64,000 nucleotides of DNA from Trichosphaerium sp. ATCC 40318 (taxonomy: Eukaryota > Protista > Tubulinea): contig JALMLS010000594.1 in assembly GCA_038496445.1 (NCBI GenBank), positions 124,001 through 188,000 on the forward strand. Reading direction: 5' to 3'. Below the pieces are notes generated by a model. That model was not told the origin of the DNA. It did not search any database and saw only the letters and a list, made by a program, of their open reading frames with translations. Below are positions 12,038 to 25,024 of this stretch, in pieces (the first letter of the stretch is position 1; every line of letters begins with the position of its first letter). The position numbers were made by a program, and so were the translations under genes.

Positions 12038-13107
12038 TAAATTAGTACATTATTTGGTGGATTTTGTACAATAATTCTGAAAATTCCATATTTAAGGGAA
12101 TATTATGGTAATTCTATCAAAAATCCTGCCATAAAAAAAAATAAAAATAAGAATTCTTCACAAATTATCTTAAAAATCCCTAAAACAAAGGAATTTAGTG
12201 GGATTTATATCCAAAATCCCGTTTTCATTTTACCACTGCATAGGGGCTCTTATAAAGAAGAATTGTCACTTTACGGCAATGGTGAGCTCATCTATGAAAT
12301 ATACAAAGATAACTACAGTGAACATAAAAAAGGTGGTATTGAAGAAATAAAGAACCTCCAAAACGACATGTTTAAATTGATGTTACCTCAACTTGGGAAT
12401 GATGCAAAAATGGTATTTACAAAGCTACAGTTTCTCACTTTTTTGCACATTGTATTTAAATTTGATGACGATTTTTTTACATTCTTGGGATTATGATAGA
12501 TGTAATTAAATTCATATTAAATGCACTGAATAAAAAGGCTTTGCCATAGCTTTAATGGCTGTACACGTGTTTTACTCCGTTACAGACGTTTGGGTAAACT
12601 TCAGTTGACTTCGTATAAATCAACAACAACAACAACCGCCAAAGCTTAAACAACATGGCGAGCAGCAATCACCCACATCCCACCCAAAACTTTTCTTTTC
12701 AATTTGTTTTTATAAAAACTGTAAAAACCTCTTTTATTTTCCAAGTGTTCTTGTATAATATAACAAATGCTTGGAGCTACACTAGAGCCACAAGACATGT
12801 TGTCTTCCCCTCAACATCGTCTTACTTAGTGTTCCTTGGTTAGTTGATAGAAGAAAGTCAACTGAGAGTGTTAGAACTCTAACAAAATACAACAGCAGTA
12901 TTTGCAACTACCTAATACTCTTCTTTCTAGACAAACGTCCTTGTAGGCGCATGCGGTCAATTGAAGTACAACAGGTTGATCGTCTATGTCAAAACATTTT
13001 TAATGTTTTTTTGCGAATATCCTATGCACATGTGTATTTACAAAATGTTACTCTGATGTTAACAGTTTCAGTACTTAGTTAATGATTGACATTAACTTTG
13101 ATTCTAT

Positions 13108-14991
13108 CTAATACCAAACAGCAGCATAGCATCCACTGAGCCCAGCCTGTAATAAACATAAATAAAATCCCTCCTAAAAATACCAGTACCAATATTGGAC
13201 CTCCGGCTAAGAAGAGACGTGTACCTATAATAACCATTACAAAATCCACTTGCGTAACAAAGTTAACCTTAATTACGTACCTGATGGATCATATGCGTGG
13301 GTGTAAATGGCGTTTGGTATATGTCTCCAGTTTGCAAAGTATCTGTGGTAGTAGGCATTTCGCGACTAAAACCAAACAAGTTAGAAATAATTATTCGTCA
13401 GACGAAATCACGTGATTGTTTCATACCAGATGTCCTGCGCCTGTTTGTAAATACCTCTTCTCTACGACGCCCTCAAGTGTATTCACTTTACAAATAGTCG
13501 TAAAAGCATTGATTCTTAGATCATAGAACGACAAACGGCCCATACCACCGCCTATCGTAATAATATCATTTCGGCACGATACAGTGCGTACTCCTAAAAG
13601 AAAATAAATACACACTTTATCTCTTCGCATACACCTACCCCAATCACTGTCTTGTGATTCTATCACCTTAATTAACCGATTAGATTTAGCATCAACTATG
13701 CTAACAGCGTTCTGTGAACCTAGCAAGAACACATGTAAGAACATGATGTAAAACAATCTTTACCTATTGTCACAATGCCACGTCTGTCATCGACATGCAT
13801 ACATACCAGCTCATTTTCATCTGGTAATACTAAAGAAGACTTCTACATTAAAAAGGAGTCAGATGCAATAGCTATCAATAACAAGCCGTACAACAGTAAA
13901 TTGAGTCTTCGACCATTTGCACAAAATCCCATTGCTCCCAAGTGTAAACATACTCTGAAGAAAAGATCAGACAAACACCATCTTTAAATAATCCGTACAT
14001 CTTCAATACTACTTGCAACAACTGCCCTTATTTTACTAGCATGCCTTCTTGATACTGTAATCTATTAGGACTTGTAGAATTTGAAAGAAAAACGTACACA
14101 ACGGAGTAGAAATGTCAATACCAGTGTCACTAAAAACAACATGTCACTTTGGTTACCTAGTACTGAACAATACGTACTTGTTTTCGGTGGCTTTAGATAC
14201 ATCCCACACGCATATAGAGTGATCTCTGGAGCCTGTAGCAAAAGGTAAGGTTCTAACATAACAAGTTTTATAAACCTTACCTGAAACCACGTGAGTATCA
14301 GAAATAAATTCAGTGTCGAATGACCAATCAGCGTGCCCAGCTAACACTCCTTTACATTTAAAATCATCTCTAAGATCAAATACAGCAAGATCAGATGGGT
14401 TATGGGATCCAGTAACTATAAGTCTATGAGGTAACAACAACCGAAGATGAGAGTATTTTTAGACAACTAACCCATAAAAGTTTTGGACTTGTTTACTGAT
14501 ATGGCATGAATACCGCAGTTGGTACGCTGTAGGGAAGGTGTACCTACTATTGTGAGAATGATGAGGTGATAAATAAGAAGTTTAACGAACCTTTAGGGAG
14601 TTTTAGCTCTCTTGGCGCAATGTCACTTTGAGAGACGTCCCAGATACATAACTAGTTGCTGTTATATTTAAGAGATGGTTTAGAGTTAAAAGGAACCTTG
14701 TTGTTCTTCGTTCCAGTAACGATCGTCGAGTCATTGAGCCAAGCACTCGAAAATACTTTATTCAAACCCACTAGTGTTCTAGTGGGAAATTGACGTTCTT
14801 CTAAGCACATTGGAAGCCTCCTTTGTAGTAGTTTTTGGTAATAATCAGAAACTTTCCGTGATAGCGCACTACGGCTTCTGGTGCGGTCTCTACTCTTGTC
14901 AGTTATGACGGTTCGCGAATCGACGCACGTACTTAAAACTAGTTTCTCTTAGCACTGTGAGGGAATGTAGTATTTCTTTTGAAGAAGACAT
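13108..14991 (-). CDS. DCAF12: DDB1-CUL4-associated factor 12-like WD40 protein
   Basis: Spliced motifs: KVFSSAWLNDSTIVTGTKNNK, CGIHAISVN, TGSHNPSDLAVFDL, GGGMGRLSFYDLR, HAYDPSGTRLFLAGGP, GLSGCYAAVW. Confidence 0.85.
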
Positions 14992-15369
14992 TTGGAGCGT
15001 TTATTGAAGAGGAGCGGCTAACTTGGGAAAAATAATCAAAATGACGAAAACTACATCATTTTTGACTTGCCAGATTAAGCGCCGCATCTATACTTAGGGT
15101 ACAGTTCTCTTTTTAGTTACGTTACAATGTAGAGTATGCTCCCGTTCCAAGCTACAACGTTGCCATTTATTATACGGTCAGGCAATACTGTCGTTGATAT
15201 CTTAGGCTCATAACAAATACTACTCAACATCACAGCCGACAATCATTATATAAGTTGCATCTTTCGCCAGCGTGAACGTCTAAATCTTCGTACTAGCGTT
15301 CACCGTACTAGCTTAGTTGTTTTTGTGACTGCTTGCTGTTAAGTCATGTCACAAATGGTCAAAATTATT

Positions 15370-15447
15370 TTTGCCGCGATTTTTCAAATTTTCATAAAAA
15401 GTGCGCGCTTCTCCCCTAATAAAACTAAAGTATGTATTAACGATATA
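15370..15447 (+). promoter_or_regulatory. Possible E2F/CHR-like cell-cycle promoter elements upstream of ASPM
   Basis: gccgcgatttttcaaa (CGCG core next to TTTCAAA, the reverse complement of CHR TTTGAAA) and gtgcgcgc. Confidence 0.3.
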
Positions 15448-18400
15448 ATGACATCTGTAGCGAATAAAGGTACTATATGCGCGTTATTTAACACCCATTT
15501 GTGATTATTAAATCAAACTCAGAGAACGTTTTACCGTTACAACATGGAACAAAGCCCCAGGCACCTAAAAAACAACCTACAACCAAGCCTGAAGCGCGAA
15601 TCATCTTAAAACAGTTTGCGGAAGTAGCAAGATTAAACTTCGGCTGCATTCGCATTGGAACTACTCAAAATGTAATCAAACATGATCTAAGAGCGTTTCT
15701 AAGCATTTTTTAGAGTAAATTGGCACTAAGTAACCCAAGCGACAAAGCAATTCGATTGACACTTGATAACATACCAGTAGATAGCGTACGTGTTTAATAG
15801 CGTTGATACAACCGCGCAAAAAAGCTCACAATCAAACTAGTCGTTTAAAATACGCGTACCACCAAAAGGATCAATAACAGTACCTCCGAAACGTACTGCA
15901 ATTATTACCGTTTCATGGACACCACAACGCGTTGGAAACGATGTATTAAAAATTTCGTTCAAATCACCTCCTCGTGGTCACTACCAAGCAATGTTGTTTG
16001 GTACAGGCGTCAAACCAAACAAGGTACGTCATATAAATTTTTTGGTGCCCTCCCGACTAGATGAGTGTTTTTTGTAACAAATCTACTGTAGCGCTCGAAA
16101 CCGCGAGTGTCTCTCGCTCGTGCTTCATTAGCACCAAAAACCCAAGTACGTTGTCACTGTACTGACTTCAAAGGTTTGAAATTTGTTTCTAACTCTTTTG
16201 CGTTTAGAACCAAGCGATTCCATCAGTTATGAAGACACCTGCTGCTAAAGCCAGACAACAGTTTTGGAAAACTCCTCAAAAGAGTAAAGGCATCTCACCT
16301 ACGCGCGAACCAATGACTCAGGTATTGATACTTTTCGTAAAAGAAGAAGCAAGCTGTTGTACTAACGCACTTTGTTTTCAGGTCAACTCTTACAAGGACG
16401 ATAAATCTCGTCGCGTGAGCACTTATAAACCACCTACGAAGCAACCACGAATGTCTCTGAGTGGTACGTTACTTTTTTTCGCCAAAAACAGAAACTTGCT
16501 GAGAAAGTCGCTTATTGTGTTCTTTAGCGCGTGCTTTGGTTACCAAAGGCAAAGAAGACTCTAAAGCTCCGGTAAAGCGTAAAATGAGAATTACTCAAAC
16601 GCAGCGAAGCGCAAGGCAACCAATTGTACGTTATTGTAGCCTCACAACTATTTTCTACTACGTAGAGAGTTTTCTACAACGTCAAAACAATTTTGTAGAC
16701 TGGCGGGAATATTCAAAAATCAAAGCTGATTTGGCGGGACTTTTTCTGACTTCTTTTTGTAGATTGCCCAATGGGCTCTCAAACAGCAATATGGATTCTC
16801 TAAATGGATCAACCATATGCTCGTACCAGAGCTTGATGTTGGCGTATACCGCTCTATCACTGAGAAACGACGAGAATCGATAAAAATCGCTATACTTCAA
16901 CAAAACGCACGTCAAGTACTCTTGAAGGGTAGAAAGATACTTGAGAAGGTCAATTTCGAGATAAACAGCGATCAGCTGCTCGTTAGAGATGATAAATTGT
17001 TGTATCAAGATCTCGGAGTAAGACAGAATATTGTCAACCTCTTGCTTTGCTTCAACCCTGTATTCTTGAAACTTGCATTGGAAACGTACCTTCGCATACC
17101 TATCAAGACAAGTAACAACATTGAGACTGCCTTATCACAGGTAATCGTTAAGGTAGAGCAAACTTTTGATTGAAATAATTTTTTTTCTTTTTCGTCGAGA
17201 TGCGTAAAAATCTCAGTTAACGGATCACGTGTCACATGAATATTTTCTCATACTATTTTTAATGTACAGTAAAGGACCCTAAAACGCTTTTTAACGTTAT
17301 TCTCACTTCTATGTGCGGTAACTAATCCTTTTTTTATTTAGAAAATTGTCTTTTCAAAGCAAATTAATGACGCTTTTCAACTACCTGATCTTACATACAA
17401 ACCTGGTTATAAACGTGCACTTGATCGTCACGTATTAAAAAACTTCTTTTCTATTGTATGGCTTTTGGATGGCTTGAAATGCGCTCGTATTGTGCCAGAA
17501 GACATTTGTCTTTTCTGCACCAAGGCACAATTTAAGGTACCTTTTTTTCAATGAAACAAACAAGCGTCTTATATTTTTCTTCTCTTTTAGTGCACCAAGG
17601 AGATTATAGCAATGTTTGCTCGTGAGTACTTGCTTGGAGATGGTGATATTGTTAAACATCTTGAGCTACTTGGGTATAAATTATATCACTTCCAATCTGC
17701 TGTTGACGAGTATCCTCTCGCTGTTGAAGTAAGTCTTTTTTTTTTCCTTCTTTTTTTTTTGATCGGTTGTTCTCTTGAGGTGTTTTTTGTTAATGTTGTT
17801 ATTCTTAGGACCTTTCTGTCGACTTGCGAGATGGTATCCGTCTTGGACACCTTCATGAAGTGATTGTAGAAGACAGAGAACGTAAACTAACACGTCAACT
17901 TCGTGCTCCTGTGATTTCAAAATTCCAACGTGTTCATAACACACAAGCTGTCCTAGAAGGTTTCACTGCAGCTGGTGTACCAAGTACGACGAGAATTTGT
18001 ATACTACAAGTTGTATTGGAAGAAATCTGACAAGGGTTTTTTGTTATAGTGCTTGAGTTCAACGGAGAAAAAATTTCTGATGGTAATTTGCCTATGACTC
18101 TTGGATTGATCTGGAAGATTATTGTCCATAAGGCATTACCAAAGATAATCAAGCCTAAGCATTTAGAAAAGGAAATTGCTGCTTTAGGTGGATATGATAC
18201 GAAGAAAAAGAATCAGGTTAGTGACGATTATAGAAAGCTTTTGAATGTTATTTTTTTTATTTTGCTAACTTTTTTTTTTTAGTTTTCGTCTGAACCTTCT
18301 TCTGTTATTTTCTTCAACGCTGATGGCTTTCAGATTCTTTTAAGTACGTATTTCTAACTGTCACTTTTAAAAGAATTGTTTTGAATAACGTTATATCTTT

Positions 18401-21400
18401 AGAGTGGTGTCGTACTATTGGTGCTTTGCACGGTCTTCCTGTTGAGAACTTTACAACAAGTTTTGCGGATGGCAAGTTGTTGTGCTACATCATCCACACA
18501 TACCATCCTGGATTGATCCCTCTTGATAAGATTAACTCTACTACACTTGACTGGGAGCGTACAAGGAATCAACCTATCAAAGACGATCCTAATGTACGTA
18601 CTTTAAAGCTTTCCGTCTTTTTTCTTTTTTTTGGTGCTGACAGAAATCCAGGAGGAACCAATTGACTCTTCAACTTGGGTCGGTTCATTTAGCCCAGGGC
18701 CAACGAAAGAAGAGAAACGTGCTCTTGCTGGTGAGAAGAGGAACTTCCGTCTTATCAGAGAAGCTGTTCGTATCCTTGGATCAATCCCAGATATGCGTAT
18801 GTTTGTTGCTTTTATTAAGGATGTGTCACTAACATTTGCATTTTATAGTCCGTTGGGTAGATACAGCACCAGGAGCTAAGGTTCTTCCAGATGAGAAGAT
18901 TATGATGACCTTTGTTGCTTACTTGGCAAACAGGCTTGTATCTCTATCAGCAGAGACAAGGGTATGTCAGAGTCTTTTCTTCTTTTTTTTTGTTTGCTTC
19001 CTGCTTTGGTTTTTTGAGCTTCTTGTCATGTTTGTTGTGTAGGCTGCTAGGACTATTCAAAGAGCTTGGCGTCGTTGGTATCAGATTAATGTTGTTGACA
19101 AACGTGAAAAGGCTAGTGTTGTATTACAAAGTCTCTTCAGACGTGCAACAGTATGCCAAAAATTTGGTTCTATATTGAAAGGTATGGAACGCTTATCTGC
19201 TACAGTACGTATGTACTTGCAGAGAAAACAATATCTTGCTCTTCGTAAGGCAGCAATCACCGCTCAGGTAAGCATATTTATCAAAGAGACGTCTGTATTC
19301 TAACGTTGTTTTCTTTTTAGTCTCGCTTTAAAGCAATTGGAGCTCGCAAAGAGTTTCTTCGCATCAAGGAAGCAACATGTGTTCTACAACGTACAGCGCG
19401 TGCTTCTAAGCAACGAAAAGACTATAAGCAACTCAAGGAGTCCACTATTAAGGTTCAAGCTTTATGTAGAGGAAGGAAAGCGAAGAAAGAATTCTTCCAA
19501 CTTAAAAAAAGCACTGTTACAATTCAAGCGCTCTGGAGAGGAAAGAAAGCGCGTACCCTAGTATCTCGTATAAAGGCCGCTACTACTATCCAAACAGCCT
19601 ACAGAGGGTATGCTGCACGCAAGAGGCTTGCTACGTTAAAGAGCATCGTCAAAATCCAAGTACGAAAGAGAAAGATCAAGACGAAACTCTGACATTTCTA
19701 CTTTTTAGTCATTGATTCGTATGACCAAAGAACGCAATGATTTTGTTAAATCAAGAAGCTCTATCGTTTGTATTCAGAGTCTTGCTCGTGGTAATGCTGC
19801 CAGGCAATCAACTAAGGAGTTGCGTGCCTCTATCAAGATTACTGCGTTCATGCGTATGGTTGTTGCTAGACGTCAGTTTATCCGCTCGAAGAATGCTTCA
19901 ATCAAGATTCAATCTATTTGGAGAATGCATAGTGCTAAGAAGTCGTACACATCAACAAGAGAAAGTATTGTACTCTTACAGAGCGCTTTCAGACGTGCAA
20001 CACAAATGCAGCAACTTGAGAAAGCAGTACAAGCTGCCACAACTATTCAAGTATGGTTTTTCTTTTTTTTTAGTTATTATTTTCCTTTTGTGCTTATGTT
20101 TTGTCTCCAGTCTATCGTTAGAGGCTTTGCTGCAAAGAAACGTTATATCACTGCTCGCAAGAATATCATCCGTGCACAATCTGTTGTCCGTAGGCATCAA
20201 GCTCAATCTAAATACAACACCTTGCGCCAGTCTACAATCAAAGTTCAAGTAAGTTTTTTTTGCCTGTTCAGCCTTTTTTGCACTTTTTCTTTCTTCTGTT
20301 GCTAAATTCTTTCTTTTACAGGCATTGTGGCGTAGCGTTCTAGCTCGTAAACGAACATCTAGAATGAAGAGTGAGATTAGAGCTGCAACAATGATACAAT
20401 CACTTGTTCGCATGCACCAACGTCGTTCTGAATACAATGCTCTTCGTGGAAGCGCAATCAAAATACAAGTACGACTTTTACAGCCACAAGAGATCTTTTA
20501 CTGTGTTCTGACTATTGTATAGGCTGTATGGCGTATGTCTTCTCAGAAGAAAGCGTATACTACTCTGAAGGCTGGTGCTATTAAGATCCAATCTATTTGG
20601 AAGATGACTGTTCAAAAACGTGACTATAAAAATCTTATCAATGCAACAATCAAATTGCAATCTCTTTGGAGAGGAAAACGTGCACGTGCTTTTGTTTCAA
20701 AAATCAAAGCTGTAACAATTATTCAATCATTATGGCGTGGTAGACAAGGTAGATCAAGCTTCCTTGCGCTCAAAAAGTCAGCAACAAAGATACAAGTAAG
20801 TATTTAGTTTTTATCTCTTCTTCTTTGTTTTTTTTGATGTCTTTGACTTACTCATCAACAAGGCTACTTGGCGCATGGTACAAGAAAGAAGGACGTACCA
20901 AAAGCAGAGAAAGTGTGCTGTTAAGCTTCAAGCTTTCTGGCGTATGTGGGCTGAGAGACGTGACTTTAATGAACTTAAGACTGTGATGATATTGGCTCAG
21001 TCTTTATGGCGTGGTGTTGCTGCAAGAAAACATGTTAAGAAACTTCGTGCTGCTATTAAAATTCAGTCGATTTTCCGCATGGCTAAGCAACGCTCGTTGT
21101 ATAAGAACCTTAAATCATCAGCTATTACAGTACAGAAGCTATGGAGAGGTAAGATGGCCAGAAAAGAAGCTTTGCGTTTGCGTTCTGCCATCACCATTCA
21201 GGTTCGTTTTTCTTTCTTATTTTTTAAGTATTTCACCTGTTGCTTGTTTGTTGTTCCTTATTGACCTCTAATAATAGTCTACATGGCGTATGGTAAAGCA
21301 GAAGAGGCAGTACACCAAAGAGAAATCGAGTGCTGTTAAGCTTCAAGCGTTCTGGCGCATGTGCTCTGAAAAACGTAACTTTCAAGTTTTACGAAAGTCT

Positions 21401-24400
21401 GCAGTCATTGTACAGTCACTATGGCGTGGTATCCGTGCGAGAAAGTTTGCCTCAAAGATCCGTGCTATCATTACCGTACAAGCATTATGGAGAGGCAAGA
21501 AAGCTAGACAACATGTCAAAGAAATTAGAGCAGCAATCAAAATCCAATCTGTTTTCCGCATGGTCAAGGAAAAACGTTCGTTCAACAAGATAAAATCATC
21601 TGCTATTACAATACAAGTACGTTATTAAAATAAGAGCCAAAAAAGGGTGACTCTCTTGGTCGTGAAAGCGAAAAACTTTTTTTTTTTGGGCTTTTATTTT
21701 TGACTTTTGTGCTGATGATTTTCTTCTTAGGCTGCTTGTCGTATGATGTCACAACGTTCTCGTTTTAATACTCTTAAAGCTGGCGCTATAAAGGGTCAAT
21801 CCCTATGGCGTATGATACGCCAACAGCGCTCTTTCCTTGCGTTGAAAGAAGGTGCTATAAAGGCACAGTCTTTGTTTAGAGGAATAAAAGCAAGACGTGA
21901 TTACAAGCGATTACGTGCTGCTATCACTATCCAACGTTTCGCTAGAGGATCGTTGGCTAGAAAAGCATACAAACAAGATGTTGAGAAGGTCAAAAAAGCC
22001 CAAGCTACTGTCAGAAGGTTTTTGGCTCAAAAACAATATGCAAGATTAAGAGCTTCTATTGTCCTTCAAACACATGTACGTCACATGATCCTTTATTGTT
22101 TGTACTTGATTTACACGCATGTATCCTTACACATTTGTTCAGGTACGAGCATTTAACGCTTCTCAAGAGCTCAAGAGAGGTGTTAATGCGGCTGCCAAGA
22201 TTCAAGCTGCTTGGCGTGGTCACGTTGCCAGAAATCATGTTGAATCTATCAAGGCTGCAGCTGTTGTGATTCAGAAGGTATGGCGTGGACGTCAAGCCAG
22301 AAGATTTGCTGCCAAATTGAGAGCTGTTATTTTCATCCAGGTATGTTTTCTCTTTTTTGGAGCTTCGCGCAGCGACATCTTTGCTTACTCTTCTTTCTAG
22401 TCTCAGAGACGTATGGTTGTAGCCAGGAGAGCTTACCTAAAGCTTCGTTCTGCTACTGTCAAGATTCAAGCACAGTGGAGGATGCAAAAGGAAAAGAAAG
22501 CATTCAGAGTTAAACAAAACGCTGCCATCAAGATCCAATCTGTTGCACGTATGGCTCAAGAACGTGCTAGATTTACTACTCTAAAATCTTCGGCTATCAC
22601 ATTGCAAGCCTTGTGGAGAGGCAAGGAAGCTAGAAAACAAGCTATTTACCTCAGAGCTGCGATTAAGATTCAGGTACTTTTTTTTTTTGACATTTTTTTC
22701 TTGCTTTTTTCTTAGAAAAACAACTTGTTGTTAACGTATCTCTTTTTTAGTCTGCTTGGCGTATGGTTTCTGAAAAGCGTCGATATGAGGCACTCAAGAG
22801 CGCTACAATCAAAGCACAAGCGCTTATCCGTGGAAAGATCCAAAAGCGTTCTTTCACTGAGAAGAAAAAAGCAACGATTGCAATTCAAACTGCTTGGCGT
22901 GCAAACAGAGCTCGTGCTCTTCTTGCAAGGATGAAAGCTGCTGTGAAGATCCAATCATTATGGCGTATGTCCTCACAAAGGACTCAATTCCTAGCTCTTA
23001 AAAAGGCAGCAACAGCTGCTCAGAGTCTATGGAGAGGACGTAATGCTCGTGTTCATGTCACTCAAATAAGATCTGCTATTAAGATACAAGTAAGTCAGAG
23101 GAAGAAACTACTTTTTTTTTTCATTCTTGTTTTGGTTGGAAGTGAGTGAGCTTGTGTGCTAATGTTGTATTTCTGTAGTCTGTTGTACGTATGGTACAAT
23201 GCAGGAAATCGTTTGTAGAAAAGAAGGATGCCTGTGTTACATTCCAACGTATTTTCCGTGGAAAACAAGCAAGAGAACAAGTTGCTAGACTCCGTGCTGC
23301 CATTAAGGTTCAATCAGTTTTCCGTATGTACAAAGCAAAGATGATCTTGGCTCAATTACGTCGTGAACATCATGAACGTCAGCAACACAATGCTGCAACT
23401 CTTATACAGTCAATGGTACGCCTATTAGTACTATAAAATCGAAGTTTTGGCTAATAATAATTCAGATACGTCAACGTAATGTCGCCTTCAATGTTTGTGT
23501 TAACGTGAATCAAATTGCAAAATGCCAAGCTTTCTTTCGTGGATTCTTGGTTCGAAAACAACTCAAAGAAACTCGCCGAGCAGTATCTCTAGCTCAAGCC
23601 CTATGGCGTGGAAAGATTGCACGCACTCGTGTTGCAAAGCTTAAGGCAGCAAAGGTCATCCTTACTCGATACAGAGCTATTAAGGCCAGAAAAGAATTTC
23701 TTTCTTTGAAACGAGCAACAGTTTTGATTCAAGCAAGATTCAGAGGTAACAAAGTACGCGATTCTTATGCCCATATTCGTGCACAAAGACAAGAATCTGC
23801 TGCCTTGAAGATACAGAGTCTTGTGAGAAGACATGCTGCATACAATCGTGCACAACGTATAGAGCCTTCAGCTGTTAAGATACAGGTGAGTCTTATTTTT
23901 TTCTTTATTTTTTCTGATTCTTGTCCGTTTTTCTCTTCTGTTCTTTTGTACTAAGTTTAATAATAGTCGTTATGGCGTGGATATGTATCTAGAAAACGTA
24001 CAACAAAGAAGATTCAAGATATTCGCGTTCGCCTTGCAAAAACACGTCAGGAGTTTTCAGCGAATAAAACACTTGGATACAGAACAAAACAAGCACTTCA
24101 TACTCTATTGAAATCAAAGCAATTGACACCAATCAGACGTGCCTTGAGCCTACTTGGTACGTTTAACACTCAGAAAGTGTATGAATCTATGTATAGTTGT
24201 ACTGACGCCTTGTTTTCGTAGATCTTTCGACCAGATATTCACCTCTTTGCGCATCGTATTGTGTTCAAATCAACTGCGTTGATATCATCCTTGATCTCTT
24301 AACTCGCCTTAACCGCTCTGCTCCTCATCTTAGTATCTTAACTCTTGGTCTTAATGTACTACTCAACTTGTCTCTTTACCCAGCTACATCTAGTGCTGTG

Positions 24401-24798
24401 TTCTCGAGCAATTTGTGTGTCACTACACTAATGACTGTCATGACGAAGTATAAAGACCAAAATGAAGTTTTCAGAGTTGCTGCACAACTCTTCTATGTAC
24501 TCCTATCTTTTTGTCCTGCGAGGATGGAAAAGCTTCGCTCAAGTGTATATGGAGGTCGATGGAATCACAAAGCAATCGTACAGGTACGTTATCTTGATGA
24601 TGAGTTTTCTGAACTTTTTTGATTTATGAGGGGTTGATTGTTGACTTGTTTTTTTTCTAGCAATTACAAGCTACCAAGAGGATGATGGTAAAACGTTTTG
24701 GTATGCAAAAGAAAGCACGAAAGCCTGTTAATATGCTCACGTCTACAAAACGTGCTATAAGCCAATTAGACTCACTTCTTGGTGTTCTTGTAAAGTAA
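15448..24798 (+). CDS. ASPM: Abnormal spindle-like protein (ASH, CH domains, many IQ motifs, C-terminal HEAT/ARM)
   Basis: N-terminal LNFGCIRIG ASH-like segment; DLGVRQNIVNLLLCFNPVFLKLALE; DLRDGIRLG; ISDGNLPMTLGLIWKII; WCRTIG...VENFTTSFADGKLLCYIIHTYHP; dozens of IQxxWRG motifs; C-terminal LNRSAPH. Confidence 0.92.
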
Positions 24799-25024
24799 AA
24801 AAAAAAAATCCAACCGAATAAAAACCACAAAGTGTACTTTTAGTCATTGACTTTGTTTTTTGTCGTTACTTGGACTACATTCAATACATCACGTGATCAG
24901 AAGTTTTGTAGTTTGAAAAAAAAATACAATTGAACTACCATTGACTTGAGTTTGTGATTGTTAGTACTCGTGTTGAACCACCAACGCTAGCTTAAGTCTC
25001 GCAGTACAAGTTTATTTTGTATTG

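Larger units (their letters stand above)
8263..12238. mobile_element. Non-autonomous TIR DNA transposon, 2-bp TSD CA, hosting a nested piggyBac
   Basis: Left CAGTAGTAAAATAGAAATGGG; right reverse-complements to CAGTGGTAAAATGAAAACGGG. CA lies on both flanks. GAATT/AATTC-rich subterminal repeats. Excision restores the host frame. Confidence 0.82.
7431..12496 (+). pseudogene. Unknown-function gene (N-terminal basic NLS-like patch) split by nested transposons
   Basis: Exon 7431/7479-~7992, intron, then exon 8158-8262 (...FYSTRWAP). Removing 8263-12238 plus one CA joins it in frame to HRGSYKEELSLYGNGE... of ORF 12263-12496. Confidence 0.75.
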
